Assembly: GCA_016870475.1 (NCBI GenBank)
Contig: VGBO01000003.1
Location: 5,800-69,799, forward strand
Origin: Actinomycetota bacterium
GTDB taxonomy: Bacteria; Actinomycetota; Acidimicrobiia; Acidimicrobiales; CAIXPF01
Direction of reading: 5' to 3'
Length of the DNA stretch: 64,000 nt
In this document: positions 31,270 to 40,038 of the stretch, piece after piece
Layout of the letters: each line of letters starts with the position of its first letter
Numbering within the stretch: position 1 is the first letter of the stretch
The notes under the pieces: generated by a model
What the model was told of the DNA's origin: nothing
The model's database searches: none
Seen by the model: the letters and a program-made list of their open reading frames with translations, nothing else
Made by a program: the position numbers and the translations under genes

Positions 31270-32556
31270 ATGGGGTCGATGTCCGGATCCGGATCGGCGA
31301 GGCCACCGATGTCCCGCGCACGGGCCTTCAGTCGCCTGGCGCGGACCCATGCCGCGGCCGCCGCCGGCGACGCGTCTGTCGCCGTCGCCCTCGCCGGATC
31401 GTTGTTCTTCTCGATCGACTACGACGCGGCGCGTTGGCGTGTCGTCCTCTATCTCGTGCTCACGCTGGCGCCGTTCGCGGTCGTCGCCCCCCTGCTCGGA
31501 CCGGCGATCGATCGGGCCCGCGGTGGTGCCCGTTGGCTCATCGTCGGAAGTGTCGCGACCCGGACGGCCGTCGCACTCCTCCTCGTCAGCCACCTCGATT
31601 CGCTGCTGCTGTTCCCCGAGGCGTTCACGCTGCTCGTGATGGGCAAGAGCTACCAGGTCGCGAAGAGCACCTATCTGCCGACGGTCGTCGAGTCGGACTC
31701 GGCGCTCGTGGCCACGAATGCACGGATGGCGCTGCTCTCGGCGGTTTCTGGCGGCGTCGGCGCGATCCCGGCGGTGATTTGTTCCCGACTGTTCGGCCCG
31801 CACGCCGCGATGGCCGTGGCGATGTGCTGGTTCGCGCTCGCGACCTGGTGCTCGTTCATGATCCCCCAGCCTCCGTCGACGAAGGTCGGCCAGCCGACCG
31901 TCGAGGAGCGTGCCGAGCTCGCCTCCGGGGGGATCCGGGTTGTCGCCTCCGCGATGGGGGGACTGCGCAGCGCCGTCGGATTCCTCACGTTCTGGATCGC
32001 GTTCGAGCTACGGGCCCAGAGCGCCGCTCCCGTCGAGTTCGCGTTGGTGCTCGGACCCATCGCGGCAGGGGCGATCACCGGGTCGCTCGTCGCGCCGCGC
32101 GTCCGCCGGGTGCTCAAGGAGGAGCAGATGCTCGCCGGTGCGCTCATCGTGGTCGGCGCAGCGGCAGCGCTCGCAGCGTTCATCGGTGGGCTGCGCGGCG
32201 CCGGACTCCTCGGCGCGGGTGTCGCCGTGGTGAGCGCCTCGGCGAAGCTCGCATTCGACTCCCTCGTCCAGCGTGACGCTCCGCACGCCGACAAGGGCCG
32301 GGCGTTCGCTACCTACGAGGCCCGGTTCCAGCTCCTCTGGGTGATCGGTGCGTTGGTCGGGGTGCTCGTCCCGCTGCCGTTGCGGGCAGGGTTCGTGCTC
32401 GTCGCGGTCGGTGCGGCGTTGGCCGGTCTGCGCGTGGTCCACGGTCGGCGGGCTGTGGCGGCGGGGAAGTCCCCGCCGACCTTGCCCGATCTCGTGCACC
32501 GGGTGCTCCACGACCCGACGCCTCTCGTCGGTCGCGGCCGGGGCGGTCCGCCGTGA
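31270..32556 (+). CDS. MFS transporter
   Basis: ORF track 428 aa with about 12 hydrophobic segments and an MFS-type loop GPAIDRARGGARW. Confidence 0.7.
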   Translation: MGSMSGSGSARPPMSRARAFSRLARTHAAAAAGDASVAVALAGSLFFSIDYDAARWRVVLYLVLTLAPFAVVAPLLGPAIDRARGGARWLIVGSVATRTAVALLLVSHLDSLLLFPEAFTLLVMGKSYQVAKSTYLPTVVESDSALVATNARMALLSAVSGGVGAIPAVICSRLFGPHAAMAVAMCWFALATWCSFMIPQPPSTKVGQPTVEERAELASGGIRVVASAMGGLRSAVGFLTFWIAFELRAQSAAPVEFALVLGPIAAGAITGSLVAPRVRRVLKEEQMLAGALIVVGAAAALAAFIGGLRGAGLLGAGVAVVSASAKLAFDSLVQRDAPHADKGRAFATYEARFQLLWVIGALVGVLVPLPLRAGFVLVAVGAALAGLRVVHGRRAVAAGKSPPTLPDLVHRVLHDPTPLVGRGRGGPP

Positions 32557-33047
32557 CCGTCCGGGCGCTCGTCGTGTCGGACACCCATCTCCGGTCGGGC
32601 GCGGATCTCCCCGTGGCGCTCCTCCCTCTCCTCGGGCTCGCCGACGTCGTTCTGCACGCCGGGGACATCACTGCGGCGGGTGTGCTCGATCGGTTCGCCG
32701 AGTTCGCGCCGGTGCACGCCGTGCTCGGCAACAACGACGCCCCCTACCTCGGCCTGCTGCCCGAACGTCGCTCGGTCGACCTCGACGGCGTCGCGGTCGG
32801 GATGGTGCACGACAGCGGGCCCGTGGCGGGCCGGGCCGTTCGGCTGCGGCGGTGGTTCCCCGCCGCCGACGTCGTGCTCTTCGGGCATTCGCACCTGCCC
32901 GTCGTGGAGCGGGTCGACGGCGCACCGGTGTTGGTGAACCCCGGGTCGCCGACGCAGCGTCGACGTGCACCGACGCACACGGTCGCGTGGTTGTCCTGTG
33001 CCGAAGCGAAGGTCATCGGCACCGAGATCGTCGATCTCGGGCCCTGA
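32553..33047 (+). CDS. Metallophosphoesterase (YfcE/MJ0936 family)
   Basis: ORF track 164 aa. Motifs VVSDTH, HAGD, GNND, GHSH and NPGS in the canonical order. Confidence 0.8.
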   Translation: MTVRALVVSDTHLRSGADLPVALLPLLGLADVVLHAGDITAAGVLDRFAEFAPVHAVLGNNDAPYLGLLPERRSVDLDGVAVGMVHDSGPVAGRAVRLRRWFPAADVVLFGHSHLPVVERVDGAPVLVNPGSPTQRRRAPTHTVAWLSCAEAKVIGTEIVDLGP

Positions 33048-33058
33048 GGAGGATCGCC

Positions 33059-34228
33059 TCAGCTGAACTCGAGGCGGGCGAGCCAGAGACCGGGGGCGTC
33101 GACCTCGGCCGGGGTCGGCAGCGATCGATCGTCGTTCCAGAGACGGGTGAGAGCGTCGACACCGCCACGGTCGATCACGCCGGTGACGAAGGCCCCGCCG
33201 CGGCGGTAGGTCTCCTCGGTGAGCTCGAGACCGAGGAGGCGTTCCACGAAGCGGTCGGCGTCGGAGACCTCGACGCGGCGTCGACGGAGCGCCTCGCCGA
33301 GGCGACCGTTGCCGAGGAGTCGGGCGGTGAGCGTGTCCATCGTGTGATCCACCCAACCGGCGATGGTGGCGACGAGCGCGTCGAGCTGGGGGACGATGGC
33401 GTCCTGTTGTGGTGTGCGCGCCGCCCCGAGGAGCACCGCCGGATCGCCGAGCAGGGCTCGGAGTCCGTCGGGGTCGCCGAGTTGCGTCGGGTCGAGCGTC
33501 CCGAATGCGTTCTCCAGTGCCCCGGCGTCCGGACGGAACGCACCGACGTAGCGCTCGAGCAGGTGCTGCAGCCGAGCGGCGACGTGCGGTCGTCCGAGCA
33601 CCGCGTGGTGGGTGAGCTCCGACAGGCAGACCCACAGCGCCACGTCGTCGAACTGCAGCTCCCAGTCGTCGGCGAACGCCTCGACGTTCGGCACGACGAG
33701 CTCGAGGCCGCTCCCGACCGGTCGCGGAAGGGGAAGGTGGTAGGTGCCGAGCGCCCGGCCGGCGAGATGGCCGATCATCGACCCGGCCGTCATGCCGAGG
33801 AGCATCGGGGCGAGCATGCGGGTGAGGTTGCCGAACATCGCGGCGAAGGGATCGGTCGGTGGGTCGTCGTCGGGCGGTGGCGTCTGGGTGAGCGCGGTGG
33901 CGAGACGTTCGAACAGGTTGCGGTGGTCCCGCAGGGCGTTCGTCGCCCAGGTGGAACGGTTCACGGCGACGATGTCGGCGGTGAGGGCGGTGTCTTCGAC
34001 GAGCGCCCCGACATGGAAGGTGGCGAGCCGGGCGAGGTCGGTGACGGCGATGCGTCGGGTCGGATCGACGTTGCGTTCCGGTTCTCCGTCGGTGGCGATC
34101 GAGACGGCGAGCTGACGGGCAGCGTCCCACGGTGCCGTTCCCGATGCCGACCCGCCGAGCAGCCGGGCGAGGTCCCCGAAGATGGGGATCCCGGCGAAGG
34201 GGTTCTCCGAGGGGTCGGGCTCGGTCAC
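33059..34228 (-). CDS. Zinc-dependent metalloprotease-like hydrolase (actinobacterial family)
   Basis: GTG at 34228 inside track ORF 33059..34492. Contains LSELTHHAVLG (HExxH-like) and the conserved N-terminus NPFAGIPIFGDLARLLG. Confidence 0.7.
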   Translation of the reverse strand: MTEPDPSENPFAGIPIFGDLARLLGGSASGTAPWDAARQLAVSIATDGEPERNVDPTRRIAVTDLARLATFHVGALVEDTALTADIVAVNRSTWATNALRDHRNLFERLATALTQTPPPDDDPPTDPFAAMFGNLTRMLAPMLLGMTAGSMIGHLAGRALGTYHLPLPRPVGSGLELVVPNVEAFADDWELQFDDVALWVCLSELTHHAVLGRPHVAARLQHLLERYVGAFRPDAGALENAFGTLDPTQLGDPDGLRALLGDPAVLLGAARTPQQDAIVPQLDALVATIAGWVDHTMDTLTARLLGNGRLGEALRRRRVEVSDADRFVERLLGLELTEETYRRGGAFVTGVIDRGGVDALTRLWNDDRSLPTPAEVDAPGLWLARLEFS

Positions 34229-34325
34229 GTGGCCGATGGTATGCGGGCACGGCGGCGAACCGTCAGGGCCCGGAACGGCCGGGAGGTCCGCCGCTGCGCC
34301 GCTGCGCCGCTCTACGATCGGAGAC

Positions 34326-34793
34326 GTGCAGCCACCGGCACATGGCGAGAGCTGGCTCGGGCTGACGGAAGCCCCGCTCCCCGTCGACGACGCGTCGGCA
34401 TGGGTCGTTCGCCCCGACTGCGGCGCCGTCGTCCTGTTCTCCGGCACTGCCCGGGACCACGCGGACGGCCGACCGGACGTTTCCCTGCTCACCTACGAGG
34501 CGTACGAGTCCCAGGTGGTGCCGCGGCTCGCAGCGGTCGACGAGGAGCTCCGTCGCCGGTGGCCCGCCGTCGGACGGGTCGTGCTGCTGCACCGGACCGG
34601 CGAGCTCCGCGTCGGCGAATCGGCGGTGGTGGTCGCCGTCTCCGCTCCGCATCGCGACGAGGCGTTCGCCGCGGCACGGTTCGGCATCGACACGGTGAAG
34701 GCGACCGTGCCGATCTGGAAGCAGGAGACGTGGGCAGGCGGCGAGAGCTGGGGTCTCGAAGCCCAGCACATCGTCGAGGCGGAGGTCGGTTGA
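34326..34793 (+). CDS. moaE: Molybdopterin synthase catalytic subunit
   Basis: GTG at 34326 inside track ORF 34182..34793. GAVVLFSGTARD...LTYEAYESQV...VVAVSAPHRDEAFAAARFGIDTVKATVPIWKQE. Confidence 0.8.
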   Translation: MQPPAHGESWLGLTEAPLPVDDASAWVVRPDCGAVVLFSGTARDHADGRPDVSLLTYEAYESQVVPRLAAVDEELRRRWPAVGRVVLLHRTGELRVGESAVVVAVSAPHRDEAFAAARFGIDTVKATVPIWKQETWAGGESWGLEAQHIVEAEVG

Positions 34794-35149
34794 TGGGCAA
34801 CCTCTGGTACCTCGTGCCCGTGGTCGCACTGTCCGTGCTTGGTGGCGCGGCGGTCTGGGCGTTCAGGAACCGGCCTCGTTCGATGCAGGCGTCGATGGAC
34901 GCATTCCACCGGGAGCTCGACGCCATCGCCCCTCGACGTACGGGCTCGGAGCCGTCGACTCGCGTCGGTGAGGGCGCTGCCCACCTCGACGACGTCCACC
35001 CGACCCCCTTGCGGCGGCGAGCGGACGCGACCGGTTCCGGCGGTCTGTCCCCGACCGGGGCCGCCGTTGCCGGTGGCCGCATGCCGGACCACGATCGAGA
35101 CAGTTCCGCCCGACCCCTCGGGCGGCGGCCCGGACGACCGATCGCGTAG
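34793..35149 (+). CDS. Hypothetical membrane-anchored protein
   Basis: ATG at 34793 overlaps the moaE stop (TGATG). MGNLWYLVPVVALSVLGGAAVWAF TM helix followed by a disordered tail. Lies in the frame of the long spurious track ORF 32348..35149. Confidence 0.4.
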   Translation: MGNLWYLVPVVALSVLGGAAVWAFRNRPRSMQASMDAFHRELDAIAPRRTGSEPSTRVGEGAAHLDDVHPTPLRRRADATGSGGLSPTGAAVAGGRMPDHDRDSSARPLGRRPGRPIA

Positions 35150-35161
35150 CGGGCTGCATCG

Positions 35162-36163
35162 TTGTCACGCGACATCGCAATCGATCTCGGCACGGCGAAC
35201 ACGCTCGTGTACGTGCGTGGAGAGGGCATCGTGCTCAACGAGCCCTCCGTGATCGCCGTGAACACGTCGACGCGTGAAGTGCTCGCAATGGGGCACGAGG
35301 CCTGGCGGATGATCGGCCGGACCCCGGCGAACATCGTGGCCGTGCGCCCGCTCCGCAAGGGCGCCATCACCGACTTCGACATCACGCAGCGCATGATCAG
35401 GCTGGTGTTGCAGCGCGCCGGGGTGAACCGCTTCAACCGGCCGAAGGTCGTCGTGTGCGTGCCCTCCGCGATCACACCGGTCGAGCGGCGCGCCGTGATC
35501 GAAGCCGCCCGGCGCGCCGGGGCGGCGGAGGCCCAACTGCTCGACCAGCCGATGGCCGCAGCGATCGGCGCGGGTCTCCCGATCCACGAGCCGGTGGGCT
35601 CGCTGGTCGTCGACATCGGGGGCGGCACGACCGAGACGGCACTGATCTCCCTCGGTGGGATCGTCGCACTCGAGGCGGTGCGGGTCGGCAGCTTCGACAT
35701 CGATGCGGCCATCGCGACGCACATCCGGCGCACGTACGGCATAGCGATCGGCGAGCGCACGGCCGAGGCGATCAAGATCGCGACCGGGTCGGCGGATCCG
35801 ACGCCGGATGAGCTCGCGGCAGAGGTGCGGGGCCGTGAACTGACGAGCGGGCTCCCGAAGACCGTGCTTCTCTCGGCCGCCGAGGTCCGCGAAGCGGTCC
35901 ACGAGCCGGTCGCGGCGATGGTCGAATCGGTGCTGCGATGCCTCGGTGCGACGCCGCCGGAGCTCGCTCGCGACCTGATCGCCGGCGGGATGCACCTCGT
36001 CGGCGGTGGAAGCCTGCTGCGGGGTCTCGACGTGCGGCTCGCCCGCGAGTCCACCATCCCGGTCCAGCAGGTCGACACGCCGCTCGAGTGCGTGGTGCTC
36101 GGCGCCGGACGCTGCGTGGAGTCCTACGACATGCTGCGGGCGCTGCTCCGTTCCCGCCGCTGA
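35162..36163 (+). CDS. mreB: Rod shape-determining protein MreB
   Basis: ORF track 333 aa with a TTG start. IAIDLGTANTLVY, RPLRKGAITDFD, VVDIGGGTTE, and C-terminal GGGSLLRGLD. Confidence 0.9.
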   Translation: MSRDIAIDLGTANTLVYVRGEGIVLNEPSVIAVNTSTREVLAMGHEAWRMIGRTPANIVAVRPLRKGAITDFDITQRMIRLVLQRAGVNRFNRPKVVVCVPSAITPVERRAVIEAARRAGAAEAQLLDQPMAAAIGAGLPIHEPVGSLVVDIGGGTTETALISLGGIVALEAVRVGSFDIDAAIATHIRRTYGIAIGERTAEAIKIATGSADPTPDELAAEVRGRELTSGLPKTVLLSAAEVREAVHEPVAAMVESVLRCLGATPPELARDLIAGGMHLVGGGSLLRGLDVRLARESTIPVQQVDTPLECVVLGAGRCVESYDMLRALLRSRR

Positions 36164-36173
36164 GCGGGTCGGT

Positions 36174-36809
36174 TCAGTCCTCGAACGCGAGCAGGTCCTC
36201 GGCAGCCTGGCGGACCTGCCAGTCCCGGTCGGTCGCTGCGTTGTCGAGTGCCGCGCGGATGTCCTCGCCCTCGAAGGGGGCGAGCGCGAGCACGGCGCGC
36301 CGGCGAACGGCGGCGACGTCGCCCATCGCCGCGAGCACGCCGGCCCGACCCTCGGGGAGCTCGAGGGCGCCGATCGACGCAGCGGCCGCCTCGCGGACGA
36401 GCGCGTCGGCGTGCCCGGTGCACAGCGCCACGAGCGTCGCCCGCTCCTCGGCGTCGACGCTGTCGATCGGACGCTCGCCGAGTGCCCAGGCAGCCATCTC
36501 CACGACGCTCGGGTCCGGGTCGAGCAGCGCGGTGCGGAGGGGTGGAGCGGTCGTCGCGCCGGCGAGTTCCACGGCGCGACGGCGGACCCCGGGGTCCGGA
36601 TCCGTGATCCCCCGGGTGAGCACTGCGACGTAGTCGGCGTGGCGCTCGTCGAGGGGGTCTCCGGCGATCCTGGCGAACGCACCGAGCGCCGCCGTGCGAA
36701 CCGGTGCGCTCGGGTCGTCGAGGTGGGCGAGGACGATGGCCAGATCGCCGGCATGGCCGGCGAGCACCACGGTCCGGCGGCGTTCGGCGTCGACGGGGTC
36801 CGTCGTCAT
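36174..36809 (-). CDS. HEAT-repeat protein
   Basis: ORF track 211 aa. Recurrent D-P-x-x-x-VR-x-A-A units (DDPSAPVRTAAL, DPDPGVRRRAV, DPDPSVVEMAAWAL, DRDWQVRQAA). Confidence 0.7.
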   Translation of the reverse strand: MTTDPVDAERRRTVVLAGHAGDLAIVLAHLDDPSAPVRTAALGAFARIAGDPLDERHADYVAVLTRGITDPDPGVRRRAVELAGATTAPPLRTALLDPDPSVVEMAAWALGERPIDSVDAEERATLVALCTGHADALVREAAAASIGALELPEGRAGVLAAMGDVAAVRRRAVLALAPFEGEDIRAALDNAATDRDWQVRQAAEDLLAFED

Positions 36810-37063
36810 CCGGTGAGGAACCGGAACAGGGTGAGCAGCGCGGCCGCGCCGGCGCCGCCGATCGCAAAGGCGGCGAAGAGGCCGAGCACGACGACGAGCA
36901 GCAGCAGCAGGATCGCCCCCCGGATCCGTTCGAGCGGGGACGGCGTGACACGGACACGTTCGCGTCGGCGACGGTCCCTAGCGTCGTGCGGTGCGGCGTC
37001 CGCCGGGGGCGCCACGTGCTCGGGAGCCCGAAGTGACCACGACTCGGCATTCGGAACCGTCAT
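36806..37063 (-). CDS. Small membrane protein, hypothetical
   Basis: ORF track 85 aa. Its stop overlaps the HEAT gene start by 4 nt. One strong TM helix (ILLLLLVVVLGLFAAFAIGGAG). The start is uncertain and overlaps the divergent PDZ gene start. Confidence 0.4.
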   Translation of the reverse strand: MTVPNAESWSLRAPEHVAPPADAAPHDARDRRRRERVRVTPSPLERIRGAILLLLLVVVLGLFAAFAIGGAGAAALLTLFRFLTG

Positions 37064-38121
37064 CGCCGACGAGCGTAGCGGCGCGCCGTGGGTTCTCCCG
37101 CCCGAAGCTCGTCGCGGTCGTCGTGCTGTGCTTCGTGGTCGGCATCGGTGTCGCCGTCACGCCGGTGCCGTACTACACGTTGGGCCCCGGGATGGTTCGG
37201 CCGACTGCCGAGCTGATCGACCTCGGTGGTGCCGACCGCGATCCCTCGCAGCAATCGGTTGCGTTCGTGACCGTGTCGGTACTCGGCCGGGCGTCGATCG
37301 CGCAGGCGGTGCTCGGTTGGCTGCGACCGTCGGTGGACGTCGTGCACGAGGACGAGTTCCTCGGCGGTCAGACCCCCGCGGAGAACAAGGAGTTCAACGA
37401 GGAGCTGATGCAGGGGTCGAAGTCGGTAGCGGTCCAGGTCGCGCTCGGTGTGCTCGGGTACTCAGAGCCCGTAGGTGCCCGGGTCGTCGCCCTCGTCGAG
37501 GGGGCGCCGGCAGCGGACGTGCTTGCGGTCGGGGACGTGGTCGTCGCGCTCGGCGGCGTTCCGGTCGCCGATTCCGTCACCGCGGTCCGGATGATTCGGG
37601 CGCTCGAGCCCGGCGTGGCGGTGGAGGCCGAGGTGCTACCCGCCGGTGGCACGACGAGCGTCGTGCGACGCCTCGTGCCGCAGCGGAACGCGGACACGGG
37701 AACGACGTGGATCGGGGCGAGCGTGACCACCGAGTACGAGAGCTCGTTCCCCTACGAGGTCTCCATCGACAGCGCCGGGGTCGGTGGACCGTCCGCCGGG
37801 CTCGCGTTCACGCTCGGGGTGATCGACCTGCTGACCGCAGGGGATCTCATGGGCGGATCGTTCGTCGCCGCCACGGGGGTGATCCGGGCGGACGGTTCGA
37901 TCGGACCGATCGGCGGGGTCGCGCAGAAGGCAGCCGCCGCGCGCCGCGACGGCGTGGACCTCCTGCTCGTCCCGGCGGAGCTCGCGCCCGAGGATCTCGA
38001 GCGGGCCCGGGAGCTTGCGGGCGACCGGACCCGGGTCGTGGCCGTTGCGACCCTCGACGACGCGCTGCGCGAGTTGTCGACGCGGGGCGGCATCCCGGCC
38101 GATCTCGCACGTGCGGCATGA
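36991..38121 (+). CDS. PDZ domain / Lon-type S16 serine protease (YlbL/SdrC-like)
   Basis: ORF track 376 aa (alternative GTG at 37033). TM anchor, PDZ region (GDVVVALGGVPV) and Lon catalytic block GVGGPSAGLAFTLGV. Confidence 0.8.
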   Translation: MRRPPGAPRAREPEVTTTRHSEPSSPTSVAARRGFSRPKLVAVVVLCFVVGIGVAVTPVPYYTLGPGMVRPTAELIDLGGADRDPSQQSVAFVTVSVLGRASIAQAVLGWLRPSVDVVHEDEFLGGQTPAENKEFNEELMQGSKSVAVQVALGVLGYSEPVGARVVALVEGAPAADVLAVGDVVVALGGVPVADSVTAVRMIRALEPGVAVEAEVLPAGGTTSVVRRLVPQRNADTGTTWIGASVTTEYESSFPYEVSIDSAGVGGPSAGLAFTLGVIDLLTAGDLMGGSFVAATGVIRADGSIGPIGGVAQKAAAARRDGVDLLLVPAELAPEDLERARELAGDRTRVVAVATLDDALRELSTRGGIPADLARAA

Positions 38122-38235
38122 GACGGTCCGGTCCTCGACGACTGGGCCCCTTGCGTTGGGTGGTCCCACGCCCACACTGCGTGGGGACCTAGCATCGAAC
38201 TGCATCGCGTCGGAACGGATCACGACGGTCGCAGC

Positions 38236-39969
38236 GTGGAGGAGACCGAGGTGGCGTCTGGGAGCGGGGACCCACTGACCCCGGAGCGGGTCGCGGATGC
38301 GGAGTTCAAGAGCGCGTTCCGGGGTCTCGACCCGATCGAGGTGCGGGCGTTCCTCCAGCGCGTCGGGGACGAGTTGCGGGCCGCAGATGCGCGAGTCGCC
38401 GAACTCCGGGCCGAGGTTGAGCGACTCGCCGACCGGCCACCTCCGCTGATCGCGGACCTGCCGACCCCGGAGCTCGCTGCGCAGCTCGGCCGGGAGACGG
38501 CCCGGGTCGTCGAGGCGGCGCGTGACGCAGCCGACGAGATCCGGCGGAACGCCGAGACCGCGGCGGCGGCGATGCTCGCCGAGGCCGAGGCGACGGCCGC
38601 GGAGTTGCGGGCGACGGTCGAAGCGGAGGTCACGGAACTCCGCACGGCGACCGAGGCGGAACTCGATGCGGCGCGTGCGACCGCCGGGGAGGAGTCGTCG
38701 GCCCTGCTGGCTCGGGCCGAGACGCTGCTCGAGGAACGTACCGCCGAGGCCGAGGCAGCAGCGGCGACGCTCCGCGACGAATCGGAGCAGGCCTCCGCGG
38801 CGATGCGCGCCGAGGCCGAGACCCTGCGGGACGACGCGCGAGCGAAGGCCAACGGCCTCCTCGAGCAGGCGACCGCCGAGGCGGAGGCGACGCTCGAACA
38901 GGCGCGCCAGGAGGGCCGGCAGATGGTCGCCGAGGCCCGCGCCGTACGGGAGCGGATCCTCGGCGACATGGCGGCGAGACGCGACCACGCACGCCGCCAA
39001 CTCGAACGGGCGCGAGCGGCACGCGAACGACTCGTCGCCGCCATCGAGGATGTCGACGCGCACGTCCGACGAGCGAAGGACGAACTGCACGGGTCGCTCG
39101 CGGCAGCGAAGCTCGCCGGTGATCGTGCTGCTCTCGCCGTCCAGCCCGACGACGAGGCCCTCCTCGTCGCCGATGACGATGCCGTCGGCGCGCCGCGGGA
39201 GACGGCCGGCGACCTCGGCGGGGCGACCGAGGACACGGCCGACGCGATCGACACCGTGACGGAGGCCGTAGTGGCCGCCGACGATCCGGTGCCGACCCCA
39301 GTGGTCGTGGTAGCCGACCGCCCGGTGAGCCCGACGCCGATCGCCTCCGACGCGACGTCGCGACGGTCGGCGCCGGTGTTCGGACGTGCGAGGTTGCCGG
39401 AACCGGTGGCGGTCGGTGAGGTCGCGGGCCGGGACGGGGACGCCGAGGAACCGGTAGCCGACGTCGAGGCGGACGTCGACGTCGAGGTTGAGGTCGATCC
39501 GACTCGCCTCGAGGAGCTGACGGCTGCCGGGCAGCTCGGCCCGGTGGTCCGTGACCTCACCCGGGCGTTGAAGCGGGCGCTCGCCGACCAGGAGAACGCG
39601 TTGCTCGACTCGGCCCGCAGAGGTGACGCGCCGGTGCTCGACGATCTCGACCGTCCCATCCGCGACGCGGCCGCCGCCGAGCTGGTGGTTGCCGCTCGCC
39701 TCGGTGCGAGCGTCGTGTCCGATGCCGGTGCCGACCGCGTCGACGCGGAGACGGTCGCCGGTGTCGCCGACGAGGTCGCCGCCGAGCTCGCCGGAGCGGT
39801 GCTGGAGCGCCTCGACCGACCCGCCGAGGGAGGCGACGACCCCGACGTCCTCGATGCGAGGATCCGCGGTCTGTTCCGCGAGTTGCGCAACCGGCGGGTC
39901 GGTGCGCTCGCCGAGCAGGCGGCGCAGCGGGCCTGGGCGGCCGGCGAACTGGCGGCCGTCACCGACTGA
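38236..39969 (+). CDS. DivIVA domain-containing protein with a long Ala/Glu-rich coiled coil
   Basis: ORF track 577 aa. N-terminal DivIVA motif LTPERVADAEFKSAFRGLDPIEVRAFLQRVGDEL, followed by an extended A/E/R heptad-like region. Confidence 0.75.
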   Translation: MEETEVASGSGDPLTPERVADAEFKSAFRGLDPIEVRAFLQRVGDELRAADARVAELRAEVERLADRPPPLIADLPTPELAAQLGRETARVVEAARDAADEIRRNAETAAAAMLAEAEATAAELRATVEAEVTELRTATEAELDAARATAGEESSALLARAETLLEERTAEAEAAAATLRDESEQASAAMRAEAETLRDDARAKANGLLEQATAEAEATLEQARQEGRQMVAEARAVRERILGDMAARRDHARRQLERARAARERLVAAIEDVDAHVRRAKDELHGSLAAAKLAGDRAALAVQPDDEALLVADDDAVGAPRETAGDLGGATEDTADAIDTVTEAVVAADDPVPTPVVVVADRPVSPTPIASDATSRRSAPVFGRARLPEPVAVGEVAGRDGDAEEPVADVEADVDVEVEVDPTRLEELTAAGQLGPVVRDLTRALKRALADQENALLDSARRGDAPVLDDLDRPIRDAAAAELVVAARLGASVVSDAGADRVDAETVAGVADEVAAELAGAVLERLDRPAEGGDDPDVLDARIRGLFRELRNRRVGALAEQAAQRAWAAGELAAVTD

Positions 39970-40038
39970 CAGGCGGCTGCACGCCGTCCCGACGATGCCG
40001 GATCGTTACCAGACACCCGGTCAGTAATATCTCGCACC

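Noticed and set aside
34229-34325. A possible Moco riboswitch in the 97-nt region upstream of moaE.
   Set aside because: The region is too short, and I could not recognise the conserved Moco-motif stems. It is also the divergent promoter region of the metalloprotease gene.
38500-39100. Periodic GCCGAGGC / GAGGCGGC-rich DNA in the DivIVA gene, considered as a tandem repeat or CRISPR-like array.
   Set aside because: There are no exact repeat units or spacers. The periodicity simply encodes an Ala/Glu coiled coil in an intact reading frame.
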